In this document: in pieces, positions 25,198 to 37,981 of the stretch
Layout of the letters: each line of letters begins with the position of its first letter
Numbering within the stretch: position 1 is the first letter of the stretch
Assembly (NCBI GenBank): GCA_951406725.2
Contig: OX597815.1
Span: 52,452,001 to 52,516,000, forward strand
Direction: 5' to 3'
DNA: 64,000 nucleotides
DNA from: Octopus vulgaris
Taxonomy: Eukaryota
The notes under the pieces: model-generated
The model's database searches: none
The model's input: only the letters and a program-made list of their open reading frames with translations
What the model was told of the DNA's origin: nothing
Made by a program: the position numbers and the translations under genes

Positions 25198-25291
<94 letters not shown>

Positions 25292-25496
25292 TTACGTCAT
25301 AAGAATTTAGAAACTTAGACGTGAAATAATTCTTTTTTAAATGGTGGGACTCAAAGTAGATAAAGCTATGAATAATAACGTGTAAATATTTTAAAAAATT
25401 CCATTTAGATAGGAAAAATTCGAAGGATTAAAATTATACGCGTGAAAGTTTATACTGCGTGAAGATGAAAAGGTAAACTAAAATATTCTTGTACTA

Positions 25497-25883
25497 GGCG
25501 CAGGAGTGGCTGAGTGGTAATTAGGTTGCTTACCAACCACATGGTTTCGGGTACAGTCCCACTGCACGGTAAGTGTCTTCTATTATAGCCTCGGGTCGAC
25601 CAAAGCCTTGTGAGTGGATTTAGTTGACGGAAACTGAAAGAATCCCGTCGAGTACATATATGTGCGTGTGTGTGTGTGTGTCTGTGTGTCTGTGTTTCCC
25701 CCCACCATCGCCTGACAACCGATGCTGGTGTGTTTACTTTCCTGTAACTTAGCGGTTCGGCAGATGGGATCCATAGGATAAATACTATGCTCACAAAAAA
25801 TAAGTCCTGGGGTCGACTAAAGACGGTGCTCTAGCATGGCCGCAGTCAAATGGCTGAAACCAGTAAAAGAGTAAAAGAGTAAG
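25497..25883 (+). mobile_element. SINE family B, near full length
   Basis: ggcgcaggagtggctgagtggt (A box)..ggtacagtccc (B-box-like)..tail gtaaaagagtaaaagag. Confidence 0.9.
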
Positions 25884-26074
25884 TAATGTGTAACACAGTT
25901 CATTGGGGGTATTTGCCGATAGGATCTGAAAACGAACATTTTAATATGAATTTAAGTATAATACCAAGTATTTTCTGAGCTTTCTTCATTATACTTCATG
26001 TAGGAAATAGTTAAGTTTCCAAATAAGTATTTATTGTTCTTAGTGACTGAACATTTATATTTGAGGGTGTGTAT

Positions 26075-26290
26075 TTATGTGCGCATGGCTGGTAGTTGCA
26101 TGCATATTTTTGAAGATGAAGATATGTTCATATGTGTTTGTATGTCCATAAATAATAGAGCTTTTAAATGACTTTCCAACGGCAGAACTCTGCGACAATA
26201 GGAAAAAAACATTTGAGGAAGCAATAGTTGAAGTACATGTTTTGCGAAAAATTTAGTATTTTTATTCAAACTCATTGGTGCCTTATAGAT
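26075..26290 (-). pseudogene. Possible decayed pogo/Tigger DDE transposase fragment
   Basis: LLPQMFFSYCRRVLPLESHLKALLFMD..H resembles F.P.V..YC....L..KALLLLDN...H. Weak. Confidence 0.3.
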
Positions 26291-26883
26291 TGAAAAAATG
26301 TTGCATCCAAACTTTTAAATGTGAGATGGTGAATAATAATGTGTGCATGACATTCATTATATCATCCATTTACTTATTGATACAAATTCATATCATTGGT
26401 TCATCATAAGTACATATGCAAATTATTTCCAAATCGTGATATTTTTGCACATGTAAAAATTTCGGTTAACTGATCAAATACACTTGACTATAGTGAAGAG
26501 GCCTAACTGACTGAAACATTCAAAGTTGTCCCTTGATCAGATTTTTACCTCTAAGTATGTAAATTAGCTTCGAGAGATTAATTTTTTCTAAAATTATCTG
26601 CTCTTTTCCTTGATAGTTGCTAATAGTGGATGCTTGGATTTTGTTTTCGTTTGCAAACTAAGACGGGGATTTCAGTTAATAGAGAATTTATGCGTTCGGT
26701 ATTCAGTACATCACTCCTTAAGTTATTAATGTATTTCGTTTTGTGGGAGATGATGTTATAGCTTTTGCTTCATCCCTAGACAAAAAAGTGACATACATTC
26801 ACACACACACACAACATATATGCATATATCCTCTTTATATCTACACACACATGCGCATAGATATATATCTATGCATTATTCTT

Positions 26884-27098
26884 GGCGTCGAGCTGGCAGA
26901 AACGTTAGCACGCCGGGCGAAGTGTTTAGCAGTATTTCGTCCGTCTTTACGTTCTGAGTTCAAATTCCGCCGCGGTCGATTTAGCTTTTCACCCTTTCGG
27001 GGTCGATAAATTAAGTACCAGTTGTGTACTGGGTCGATCTAATCGACTGCCCCTCCCCCAAAATTTCGGGCCTTGTGCCTAGAGTAGAAAAGGTTATT
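26884..27098 (+). mobile_element. SINE family A, full length
   Basis: ggcgtcgagctggcagaaacgttagc..gagttcaaattcc (B box)..cttttcaccctttcggggtcgataaattaagtaccag (Meta/MESC-like central domain, inferred). Confidence 0.9.
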
Positions 27099-27099
27099 C

Positions 27100-27352
27100 T
27101 TTTATTTTTTAATTTGTTTCAGTCGTTTGACTGCAGCCATGTTGGAGCACCGCATTGAAGGCTTTTTTAGTTGAAAAAAACCGATCCCAGGACTTATTTT
27201 TAAAGCCTAGTACTTATTCTATGGGTCTCTTTTGCCGAACCGCTAAGTTATGGAGACGTAAACACACCAACATCAGCTGTCTAGCAGTGATGGGGTGGGG
27301 GGCAAACACAGACACAAAGATACACAAAACAAATATATATGCATATCTATCC

Positions 27353-27393
<41 letters not shown>

Positions 27394-27586
27394 CCTATCT
27401 ATCTATTTATATATCTATCTATCTACGACGGGCTTCTTTCAGTTTCTGTCTACCAAATCCACTCACATAGGCACTGGTCAGCCCGAGGCTATAGTAGAAG
27501 ACACTTGGCCAAGTTGCTAGGCAATGGGGATGAACCTAGAACCATGTGGTTGGAAAGCAACTTCTTACCACAGAATCACGCCTGTG

Positions 27587-27588
<2 letters not shown>
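27100..27588 (-). mobile_element. SINE family B with internal (TCTA)n
   Basis: Reverse complement of the 25497 copy. Confidence 0.9.
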
Positions 27589-27629
<41 letters not shown>

Positions 27630-27633
<4 letters not shown>

Positions 27634-27810
27634 AGAATTCACAAAAAAAAAAAGAGACGAAGACAGGTGGTGTAGATAACAAACAGATGTATTAGTTTAA
27701 CGCTCGGGAAATGAAAAAGTCTTTAATGTTTCGAGCCTACGCTCTTCCACAGAAAGGAACACAGAAAGAAACAAGGATAGAAAATAAAGAATGTGTAGTG
27801 ACTAGCGACA
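27630..27810 (-). mobile_element. Dispersed pLTR-like repeat with hammerhead-like motif (27721-27756)
   Basis: Homologous to 17872-18068. Minus strand: cttt-CTGTGGA-a-GAGC-gtag-GCTC-GAAA-ca-TT-aaag. Confidence 0.65.
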
Positions 27811-27812
27811 TA

Positions 27813-28549
27813 CGAAGTCTGATCAATAAGTATCCGAAATGTTGCCATAGTAACGAAACTCAAGCACGCAGAGTGAAGCTGCTCAACACAGAATGACCTT
27901 GACCTCAGGTATGTATGTGCACTAAATTTTAACGTTCTAGCTCACTTCCACTGTTAACTTCCATTGTTTCAGACGTTTCCAAGATGGCCGAAAAATTGTC
28001 GATATCGACGAACGTTCTGGGAGACCTGCAACCTGCAGAACTGAGAAAAACATCGCAGATGTGCGCGCAGTTATAAGGGGAAACCGTGAAGTCACCATTC
28101 GTGAGTTACCAGTGGAGGTAGAGATCAGTTACAGTTCAGTTCAGTCCATTATCACTGAGGATTTGGGTATGAGACGCGTGTCTGCCAAGTTAGTGCTAAA
28201 ACTGCTTTCAGGTAACCAAAAAGACACTCGGGTTTCAGTTGCATAAAATCTCCTTGATTGTGTCGAGAACGATGAAAAGTTTTTGCAAACTTTGCATAGG
28301 CCACTGAGCAGGTATCGCCAAGCTTTTGGCAAAATTTGATGCAGATTTTCTCCACAACTCTTTCTGTCATGGTCAATGCGACGATCACAAGCTACACACG
28401 TTACTTTCAAGTACTGCTGTAAACAGTGGAAGTGAGCTACAACGTTAAAACAGCAAAGTTCAAGGTCAATCTGTGCTAAGCGGTTTCACACTGCGTGCTG
28501 TAGCTTCGTTGCTATGGCAACAGTTGGGGTGCTTATTGATCAGACCACG
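27813..28549. mobile_element. Rearranged mariner element (TA TSD, long inverted arms, transposase remnants on both strands)
   Basis: TA-cgaagtctgatcaataagtatcc / ggtgcttattgatcagaccacg-TA. Plus strand: DERSGRP..VTIREL..EDLGMRRVSAKLVLKLLS. Minus strand: MTERVVEKICIKFCQKLG. Confidence 0.9.
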
Positions 28550-28562
28550 TATATGTATACAC

Positions 28563-28607
<45 letters not shown>

Positions 28608-28613
28608 TGTGTA

Positions 28614-28659
<46 letters not shown>

Positions 28660-28666
28660 TGTGTGT

Positions 28667-28911
28667 GGAGGCGCGGGGCTTAGTGGTTAGGGTGTCAGCA
28701 TCATGATTATAAGATTGTGGTTTCGATTCCTGGACCGAGCGATGCGTTGTGTTCTTGAGCATAACACCTCATTTCACGTTGTTCCAGTCCACTCAGCTGT
28801 CAAAAACGAGTAACGCTGTGATAGACTGGCGTCCCGTTCAGCTGGGGAACACATACACCATTGAAACCGGGAAACCGGGCCCATGAGCCTGGCTAGGTTT
28901 TAAAAGGGCGC

Positions 28912-28915
<4 letters not shown>
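28667..28915 (+). mobile_element. tRNA-derived SINE family C, followed by (ATT)n
   Basis: ggaggcgcggggcttagtggttagg (A box)..ggtttcgattcc (B box)..gaaaccgggaaaccgggcccatgagc. Confidence 0.88.
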
Positions 28916-28968
<53 letters not shown>

Positions 28969-29088
28969 ATATATATATATATATTTTATTTATAAGAAAC
29001 ATCTATAGGGTGGCGAATATTCGTTATAAATATCACCACCAGTGGCCTAGCATGTATAAATAGTCAATAGACAACATACTCATATTTC

Positions 29089-29318
29089 AAAATAGAAAAT
29101 TACCATTTAACAGGTAATTTTTACATGCTAGATATAGTAGCCAACACGGCCAAAACCACAATTTAATAGCAACTTTCGAAGTAAATGAAAAATAAAACAA
29201 GGTAAAAGTTTTTATTTTTCATTTACTTCGAAAGTTGCTATTGAATTGTGGTTTTGGCCGTGTTGGCTGCTATTTCTAGCATGTAAAAATTACCTGTTAA
29301 ATGTTAATTTTCTATTTT
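29089..29318. repeat. Near-perfect foldback palindrome (~110-bp arms, ~10-nt spacer)
   Basis: aaaatagaaaattaccatttaacaggtaatttttacatgctag..aaataaaac / gtttttattt..ctagcatgtaaaaattacctgttaaatgttaattttctatttt. Confidence 0.92.
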
Positions 29319-29685
29319 AAAAAATATATATATATTTATATATACACACACACGCACACATAAATATACATATATTCATACACACATACAAATGAAAATG
29401 TACAAACTCGCACACACATGTGTATATATGTACACACACACGTACACACGCATGCATGCAGACCCTTTGTCGGCCAAGGTAGACCAAACATCATATATGT
29501 GCAGGCCTGGGTATGACTTTTTGAAGAAGACTAGCATTTACCGGACATGCAAGTTCCCCTCCCCACGCTTCTGATGTTTATCCATAGGAAAAACCGTCGA
29601 CTTTAGCCTATACAGCCCAATGGCAGTGTCGTCGTAGGCGTTGCCCTTAGAACACTAAAAAGATAACACTCACTGTACATATATA

Positions 29686-29795
29686 CGACGGGCTTCTTTC
29701 AGTTTCTGTCTACCAACTCCAGTCACAAGGCTTTGGTCGACCCGAGGATATAGTAAAAGACACTTGCCCAAAGTGCCATGCAAGCTTCTTACCAC
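29686..29795 (-). mobile_element. SINE family B 5' fragment
   Basis: gacgggcttctttcagtttctgtctacc..gacacttgcccaaagtgcc. Confidence 0.8.
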
Positions 29796-30106
29796 ACACA
29801 CACACACACACACACACACGTACATACAGATGTGAATGATAAAGGAACAGGAAATTATGCAATGAAATTCATTAGCTTACCGCTATTTCTGTTATAAGTT
29901 GTCGCGCACTCAAAGCAGAGTGCTTGTGCATCACCTTATAGCTTTCTCGGAGCTCTCAATATGAAGTGCATAATTCTCTGCCCCTTCCTCATTTGTATAA
30001 TTTCATATTACGCTCTGTAATAAACTAGCGTCTAATTTTGAAGCCTATGTACATTGAATTCTAACGCCAAATTATTAGTATCGCTAACACTGATATATAT
30101 ATAAGA

Positions 30107-30405
30107 CCTCCTTCACTCATGAATAACTGGAATTGCACCTAAAAATTACCCTCCGAGGCACAAATTCGGGCAAGGTTGTTTATTGAAGATCATCTGTCAG
30201 TCATGCATACCAGCCTCTCCGCTCCACGCTTCCGATGGTATCCAGGGGAAAGGCAAAGGCCGATACAGCTTGGCCCCAGTCATGTCTTAACTCATTCCCA
30301 CAGCTGAGTGAACTGAAACAATATGAAATATAGAGTGTTGGTCAATTGAACTCACTACCTTATGATTGTGAGCCCAACGCTCTAACCACTGAGCCATGTG
30401 CTTTC
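30107..30405 (-). mobile_element. tRNA-derived SINE family D (diverged relative at ~29460-29650)
   Basis: Head on the minus strand (ggctcagtggttagagcg..gagttcaa). The body ccacgcttccgatggtatccagggga is shared with ~29560-29590. Confidence 0.7.
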
Positions 30406-30471
<66 letters not shown>

Positions 30472-30941
30472 CATACTTATTATTTACACACACACAAACA
30501 CGAATATCTGTTAAAGTACTTGTTTAGTTACTAGTAAAAGAATCATTAGGTCACTTAGAATTAAATTTTATTTATTAAAGAATTTCTTTACAATTATTCT
30601 TTACAATCTTACGATATTACTAAATGAATGCAACATTATTACATTTTGTTATTAAATACAAACGCGGAATATACGAACATTTTTCTTGTAATTAAAAAGA
30701 AAAAAAATTTGCTAGTAATTGAGACGAATTTTTTAAGAGTGTAACTAACATATAAATTAATGTTCACCTTTATAATGCTGAAATTTCGAGTGGTTTCATT
30801 TGGAAGGAGAACAACAGCATACACAAATCAATGCCGTTCCGAAAACTTATTTATTTAATTTAAAAATGTTCAAATGTCAGCGAATGTTTCTTCAAGTAGG
30901 AGGCAAAGGAGGTCGAAAGGAGTCGTTAGTGGACTTACTTT

Positions 30942-30946
<5 letters not shown>

Positions 30947-30986
<40 letters not shown>

Positions 30987-31294
30987 GAGAGAGAAAGGGA
31001 GAGAGAGTGTATGTGAGAGAGGGAGAGAGAGTGAGAGAGAAAGGGAGAGAGAGAGTGTGTGTGAGAGAGGGAGAGAGAGTGAGAGAGAAATGGAAAGAAT
31101 GTGAGAGAAACGGAGAGAGAAGGAGTGATTCCAAATAAATGTTTATTGTCCATTCTTATGTTGAGAGCGGGAGAAAGAGAGTGAGAGAGGGAGAGAGAGA
31201 AGAGAGCTAGAGAAAGAGAGAAGAGAGAAAGAGAGAGAGAGAAAGAGAGAGAGAGAGAGGAAGAAAGAGAGAGAGAAAGAGGGAGAGAGAGAGA
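30947..31294. repeat. (GA)n purine-rich tract
   Basis: Direct reading. Confidence 0.9.
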
Positions 31295-31488
31295 GGTCAG
31301 GAAAGATAGTTGGTAAGTTCATATTGTTTCAACCAAAATATCAAGGGAAATGAGATAGCTTAGTGTGTATGTTGTCACTCTAGTTACATACACATGTATA
31401 TATATATATATATATATATATATGCAGGTGTGTGTGTGTGTGTGTTTGTGTATGTATGTATGTATGTATGTATATATATATATATATA

Positions 31489-31674
31489 GTCAAAAAGATT
31501 CCCGAACGCATAAGTGAAAACATTCAATCGAAGTAGTTGAATCACATATATTTATAAACATCAACATAAATCATGCATTTACAAGCATGAGGTTAGTGTT
31601 GATGTGTATAAATACATATGATTCAACTACTTTGATTGAATGTTTTTACTTATGCGTACGAGAATATGTTTGAC
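31489..31674. repeat. Imperfect palindrome/hairpin MITE (~88-bp arms, 8-nt loop)
   Basis: gtcaaa..cgcataagtgaaaacattcaatcgaagtagttgaatca..tcatgc-atttacaa-gcatga..tgattcaactactttgattgaatgtttttacttatgcg..tttgac. Confidence 0.9.
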
Positions 31675-31788
31675 AGCCTACGATTTTCAATTTTCTCTAC
31701 TCTAGTTTTTGCATTGGCTCTCTATGAGCACTCCGTAGATAGCCCATACAATTTAAATCATACTTAATATTATAAGTATATACATACG

Positions 31789-31862
<74 letters not shown>

Positions 31863-33049
31863 AACACACAGACACAGACACACAGACACACACACACACA
31901 CACACACATATGTGTGTGTGTGTGTGTGTGTGTGTTTGTTTGTGTGCAGGTTAAGTATATTATTTTAGGTAAAAATCGAGAGAAAAGTGGGAAAAAGTGG
32001 ATGGGGGGGGATATCAAGTAAGGGTGTTGTTCCGGTCATATATGAATGGCTAATCTATCATGAAATGATGAGAAAGCCAAATCTATTGTTTAGACCGGGC
32101 GTATAGATTCGAATAAATGAAGTTATGATAAAGTATGTTTAGTTATTTATCAACGTATTTTGTCTTTTTTTTACGTTTAAGAGTTCAGATCAATAGATCG
32201 ATCGAGAGAAGCTTTGAAAGGGAAACTAGGTGGAAAAGAGAAGGTGAAGTATTGGTGATAAAAAAAAAAGAGAGGCAAGGAGAAAACCTAATGTCTGGTG
32301 TCTAATGTAGATGAATTCAATAGATTAAATATTATCAAGTATAAGTATATATGCTAAATTAAAAAGAAAAAGTATCGAAACAAAAACACAAATTTTAACT
32401 TTCTGACCCAACTAGTTTATAAAACTAAGATTTTAGAAAAAGAATTCAGTTGAACGAGGAAATAATATTCAAGTCTGAATTAAATTTTTATTAAATTACC
32501 TATAAAATCTTATGGGAGGTCTATTTTTATTCAATGAAAAAGAGCATAATTTACGAAAGTAAACAATATGAAAATAGAGAAAAAATAACGGAAGTCAGTA
32601 AATAAATTATCAAAATATGTGTGAAAGAAATTATCAATCAAACATCACGCCAAAGAAACCTGAACTTCCCCTCTAAACGTTCTTGATCTACCTCAAAGCA
32701 CGCACAGCATTACCGCAGTTTAGTGCGAGGCTGAGGTGTTGTAACAACCAGATATCTTCCCAAGTATCATTTGACATTTCAATGAGGCGAGACAGTAACG
32801 AAGTCAAGTATTTCTTTGTCAGCTATCCAGAACTCCACAACATCTCAAAAGTCACAAGCTGAAAAGAATTTTATTTATCGACGAATGCGGTATTTAAATG
32901 TCTTATTTTGCTCGTCTACGAACGTCGCAACCCCCAATTCCGCTACAGTACTAAGGACGTGTAATGACCAAATAAGTCGCTAAAAGTGGCCATTCATATG
33001 AAGCATGTACCTCGAGGCCAAAGCAAAAGTGAGTCTAACTGGACACTTC

Positions 33050-34125
33050 TCATTATCTTTGGACAACCCTATTGGCTCCATAGTTGAGAAAATATTTACT
33101 CTAGCTAGGGTTTAATTCACAATAAGGTTTACCTCGTTGTGGTGACCAATGTAATCTACATTTAGTTGACAAAATAATTAATGAAGAACTTTGGAATTAA
33201 AGGGCATACAACAGTAACATCTTGTTCTACGTGCATTAGCCCCGACTCAGGACAATGCAAAAATAAGGTTCATCTAGGCTAAGTAATCCATCAATATTTG
33301 CTACAGGAAAGGCTTCAACCCAATCTCCAGAAAATTTGGTACTAGCAGGAAATAGGTAGCATCTTGAGTATTAATCGGATCGATCTAAAAGAGACCCGAA
33401 ATGTGTTTTGGCTTGAACTAACAATGCAAGACCCCACCCAATCTACATTTGTAGATTTTGATTCGTCTACCTATTGGAAAGGAGAGAACGCTGATTGCAT
33501 AAAGAAAACCTAGTTTAAATGAGAAAAAAAGATACAAGGGAGAAGCTTATCCTTTTGACGTGTATGGTTGCTTCGCACCCCAGTTTAGTGCCAAATCCGA
33601 GTTGAACGGGTACGAATTCCGAAGAGATAGAAGATTGTTGACAAGGACATATTCGACGTGAGATGCCAAAAGTACACCCACCTGCAGTGGGGTGGAGATC
33701 ACCATTAGACTTAAGAAGACCGAATAGCCTAGCATCAAAGAACAGGAAAGATACTCTCAGAAGAAATTTTGTTCATGAAATGCGTGAAACATTCCAAAAG
33801 TTCAAAGCCAACGTCATTGCCCGACTGGAAATGCTGTCTTAATAATATCAAGGGGCAAAGACTATTAATTCCAGAACCAGACACCACAAGAAAGGAAGCG
33901 GTAGTCATTCTGACATTATCTTGGGTGAAGTCTAGTGAGAGAGAGAGAGGAACAGGGGGTGCGTAGAGAATAAATCTATATCTAAAATTTATAATTGCAT
34001 TTTTATAAACCGCTGTAAAGGTTAAAATTAAAATGTCGGTAGTAAGCCGGTAGTTCGGGTCATTGTAAGAAATCATCCACAGAGGATGTTTCTGAGTAAA
34101 TTTACAAACTCTGCAGTACACTAAT
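33050..34125 (-). pseudogene. Highly decayed Ty3/Gypsy pol relic (RNase H/integrase)
   Basis: Minus-strand remnants in the expected order: KFTQKHPLWMISYNDPNYRL (~34040-34105), LHPTAGG..FGI (~33660-33700), YFLLV/WVEAFPVANID (~33290-33360). Confidence 0.45.
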
Positions 34126-34913
34126 CAAGAATAAAAAGAGAAGAAAGAAGACGGATTGCCATTTTGATGTCATATTTACTGAATTTAGCATTGATGGCTT
34201 TCATCAGGTCTGGATACCGACTGACATCTGAATCTATTACAAATTTGCTCTGGACTTGAGTAGAGAAATTGTTGATGAGGTTTTGCATGATTCAAATTAT
34301 TGTTTCAGAGTAGAAGTGAGTGATAAGGTTCATCGTCACTCATGGGAAGTGTGTCAAGTGGGAAATGAAACAATCTTAACTAAACAGATACGTCATTAGA
34401 TATAATTAAGAAAACAAATTTCAGACAGACCATGGGTGAAACAACTTCGAGCTCCCTTTGGGATACTGTAGAGGTATCTTAAGACGATAGTAGAAGTCTT
34501 TTGCAAGGAGTTAGTTATTAACTGGTTTTCGTATAACAAATCAATAAATCAATTAATAAATAAACTAAACGGTTAAAAACCAACTGCATAAAAATATATT
34601 TAGGTTCTTAAAATTTTTAGTCAAACTTATACGGAAAAGCTAATGAGTAGAGCAAACACTTTTTATATTTGTACTTAATTCATTTTAGTGAAAATTTGAT
34701 TTTATGCCAAATATTTACAGATTTGGAATTCAGGGGTTTTGTTGAAAAAGTAGTTTGAGAGAGAGAGGGAGAGTGAGAGGAGGAGCATGTAGAGAGGGAG
34801 AGAGAGAGAGAGAGAGAGATAGAGAGAGGAACAGGGGGTGCGTAGAGAATAAATCTATATCTAAAATTTATAATTGCATTTTTATAAACCGCTGTAAAGG
34901 TTAAAATTAAAAA
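33937..34913. repeat. Near-identical ~92-bp direct duplication (33937-34033 and 34821-34913)
   Basis: agagagaggaacagggggtgcgtagagaataaatctatatc..ggttaaaattaaaa occurs twice. Confidence 0.92.
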
Positions 34914-35227
34914 TGGGTTAAAAGAGAGAAAAAAAATAAAGGATAAAAATTGACAAGAAATTAAAAAAATTAAAATTTTAACTTCAATGTAAAATAATTA
35001 TTTTACGTGAAGTAGAAGACATTTCAGAAAAAGAAGAATAGCACAACCATAATTTGAGTGCTTTGAATTTAGTTTTTATTTAAAAGGAATGTTTTTTGAA
35101 TCTACAATGAGAGAATCAGCATATAATTTTGGAAAAGACATAAAGATGGAAATGAAAATGAAGAAATTGTAAAAGTGTATGGCTCGTAACTAAAATCTAG
35201 CTCTAATTTAAGTGTTGATTATTTAAT

Positions 35228-35970
35228 GGTAGTGATATAATGTAGTGATATGGCGTAGTGACATTTTATGTAGTGAGGTGATTTAGAAACATAGTTATTG
35301 ATAAAACGTAGAGACATAGAAAATGATGCAGTGTAGAGGCGTAGAGTAGTGATTTAATGCAGAAATATAGCATAAGAGACATTGAAGTGACTTCGCAGAA
35401 ACATTATGAAATGACACATCATAATGCCACAGTGTAGTGATATAGTGTAGAGACATAGTGTAGTGATATAGCAAAGTGACATGGCGTAGTGATTTAACGT
35501 AGAGACATTATGCAAGGACGAGCGTAGAGAGAGGGTGCAGAGACAGTGTAATGTCGAAGTGTAGTGATATGCAATAAAGACATAGTTTAGTTATATAATG
35601 TAACGATATAGTGAAGAGAGAGTAGTGACGTTGTAGAAACACTATGTTGTGAAACAACATAGGAACACAGTGTAGAGATATGTTGTGATATAGTGTAGAC
35701 ATAGTTCAGTAGCAAAATGTGGTTACACAATGTAGAGATAGTGTAGGCATAATGTGGTAATAATATAGTGTAGAAATAGTATAGAATTATAGGCGTGGTA
35801 CAGAGAAGTAGTTTGGTTATATAATCTAGAAAGTGTCTCTTGTACAGACTTAGGGTAGTGATATTGTGGAATACTATATTAGAGTAAAATAGTATAGAAA
35901 CAGTATAGAGACATATAGTGTAGACGTTGTGCAGAGATGGACTTTTATGATATAGTGTAATGATGTAATA
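35228..35970 (+). repeat. Degenerate ~13-bp minisatellite (tagtgtagagaca/tagtgtagtgata)
   Basis: Recurring gtagagacata and gtagtgatata units. Similar units occur at ~39600-39720 and ~40320-40420. Confidence 0.75.
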
Positions 35971-36402
35971 TAAATTGAAATACAAAGATGGAAGTAATAG
36001 TTTGTTCCGAATAGAATTGTTTTATAAAATTGATGTTATTGTCAACATTGATATTATTATTGTGAACAATTTACTATTTATTCTTCAGTGATATCAGATA
36101 ACAGAAGTGTAGCTGTTCTTGATAAATGTCTGCTTCTATATCAGGAATGTTCTTTAACAACAGTCTCCGCTATTTCGTTCTGTTCAATCACTTTCGTATC
36201 AATAACAACTTATGAAGGTGATTCAGATCAAGTCGTTCTAAGAACATTTCTGCCACTGAGCTTCCTAAATGAGCTTTTCTGTATTGGTCTCCCTGGGGTT
36301 TGACAAGTCCGGTATACAACTAAATATAAGAAAGTGCTCACGAAGTAAACTACAATACCCAGTAACAAAGCTCGCCTCCGGTTACATGCAATATGTAAGG
36401 TA

Positions 36403-36459
<57 letters not shown>

Positions 36460-37005
36460 GCTATCTCTCTATCTATCTATCTATCTATCTATCTCACTTG
36501 AAGAGGAAAGTGAGAGTAGAGAGGCAAGTTTTGTCTAGTGAATGTTTTAAAAAAAGATGGGTGAATGTAGCAAGGATGGCACGTATGAATGACGAAGCCA
36601 CCTTGACTATGATTCTATGAAGCGTAAAAATTAATACAGAGTTGCTTATTTGCAAAAAAAAGAAAAAAAAAAAGAAATATAACATGTGACTTCATTGACC
36701 GAGGTTACCGTGGTCTTTTCCGTAGGCTTTTCTTTCCACGGGTAAACCTCACCTGTCCTTCCCTTTACATTTCATATTGACATTTCTGTGATTACGATCA
36801 CTATTGATCAACTTTTTTTCCTCTCCCCTTTTCTTTTTTTCCTCCCCCCTTTTTTTAAAATCCTCCCCTTTTTTTGTCCTCTTTCTTTCCTTTTACGATC
36901 CCTTTTGATCGAAAACCAACCCCCTTATTTTTACCCCCAAAAGAAAAGCTCTACCTTGTAATTTGTTCTGTCTGTGTGCAGCCCTGTGTGGCTAATAAAG
37001 AAACA

Positions 37006-37068
<63 letters not shown>

Positions 37069-37136
37069 TTATCTATCTGTCTGTTTGCCTGCCTGCCTGC
37101 CTGTCTGTCTGTCTGTCTGCCTGCCTGCCTGCCTGC

Positions 37137-37214
<78 letters not shown>

Positions 37215-37232
37215 GTCTGTCTGTCTGTCTGT

Positions 37233-37277
<45 letters not shown>

Positions 37278-37335
37278 TGTCTGTCTGTCTGTCTGTCTGC
37301 CTGCCTGTCTGCCTGCCTGCCTGCCTGCCTGTCTG

Positions 37336-37382
<47 letters not shown>

Positions 37383-37390
37383 GTCTATCT
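37006..37390. repeat. Compound (TCTA)/(TCTG)/(CCTG) microsatellite
   Basis: Direct reading. Confidence 0.95.
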
Positions 37391-37469
37391 ACTTTTATAT
37401 CCGTAAACCTCTTAAAGAAAATTAAACGCCTTTATACCTTCATCTACTTTGCTGCCTTTTATTGTCCTT

Positions 37470-37846
37470 TACTACCTCCGGCTTAACGAAGGCGGAGGTA
37501 TTGCTTTCAGTCGTGTTTGTTTATTTGTTTGTCCGTGGACAAGATATCTCAAGAACTGCTGGATGGATACGGATGAAACTTTTAGGGATGTTTGGCCTCG
37601 TGACTAGCATAAAATGATTAGATTTTGGGATCGATCCGGTACCGGACAAGGATTCTGGATTATTTTTCCGTTTTTTTTTTTTTTACTTAACTTTTGAGAG
37701 CGGTCGGGTTCATTTTTAGTATTCTCGTTTGTGAGAGCAGTCGAGTTTAATTCAGATATTCTCATTTTAAAAATCATCTCTGGCTAATCGTTGAGAGGAC
37801 GTTGGTGTTGCCTTGGCGGAGATTTGCGTTCTCTGAGCGCTCTTGT
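37470..37846 (+). mobile_element. Helentron-associated non-autonomous element (HINE/DINE-1-like)
   Basis: 5' tacctccg..ggcggaggta hairpin, short gttt repeats, 3' sub-TIR ccttggcggag, terminal hairpin gcgttc-tct-gagcgc, T-rich flanks. Confidence 0.75.
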
Positions 37847-37981
37847 TTTATTTTAATTAATTCTGTTTTGTTATTTTTGTTTATTTCCTTTATCCTTTAT
37901 TATCTTCACTTACTATCGGCATTATCCTGCTTTATTACGGTACTCTAACCATGTTGACTGAGATCCACCTACATATTATAT

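Noticed and set aside
25497-25570. SINE heads as functional tRNA genes
   Set aside because: They have A/B boxes but no complete cloverleaf, and they continue into SINE bodies.
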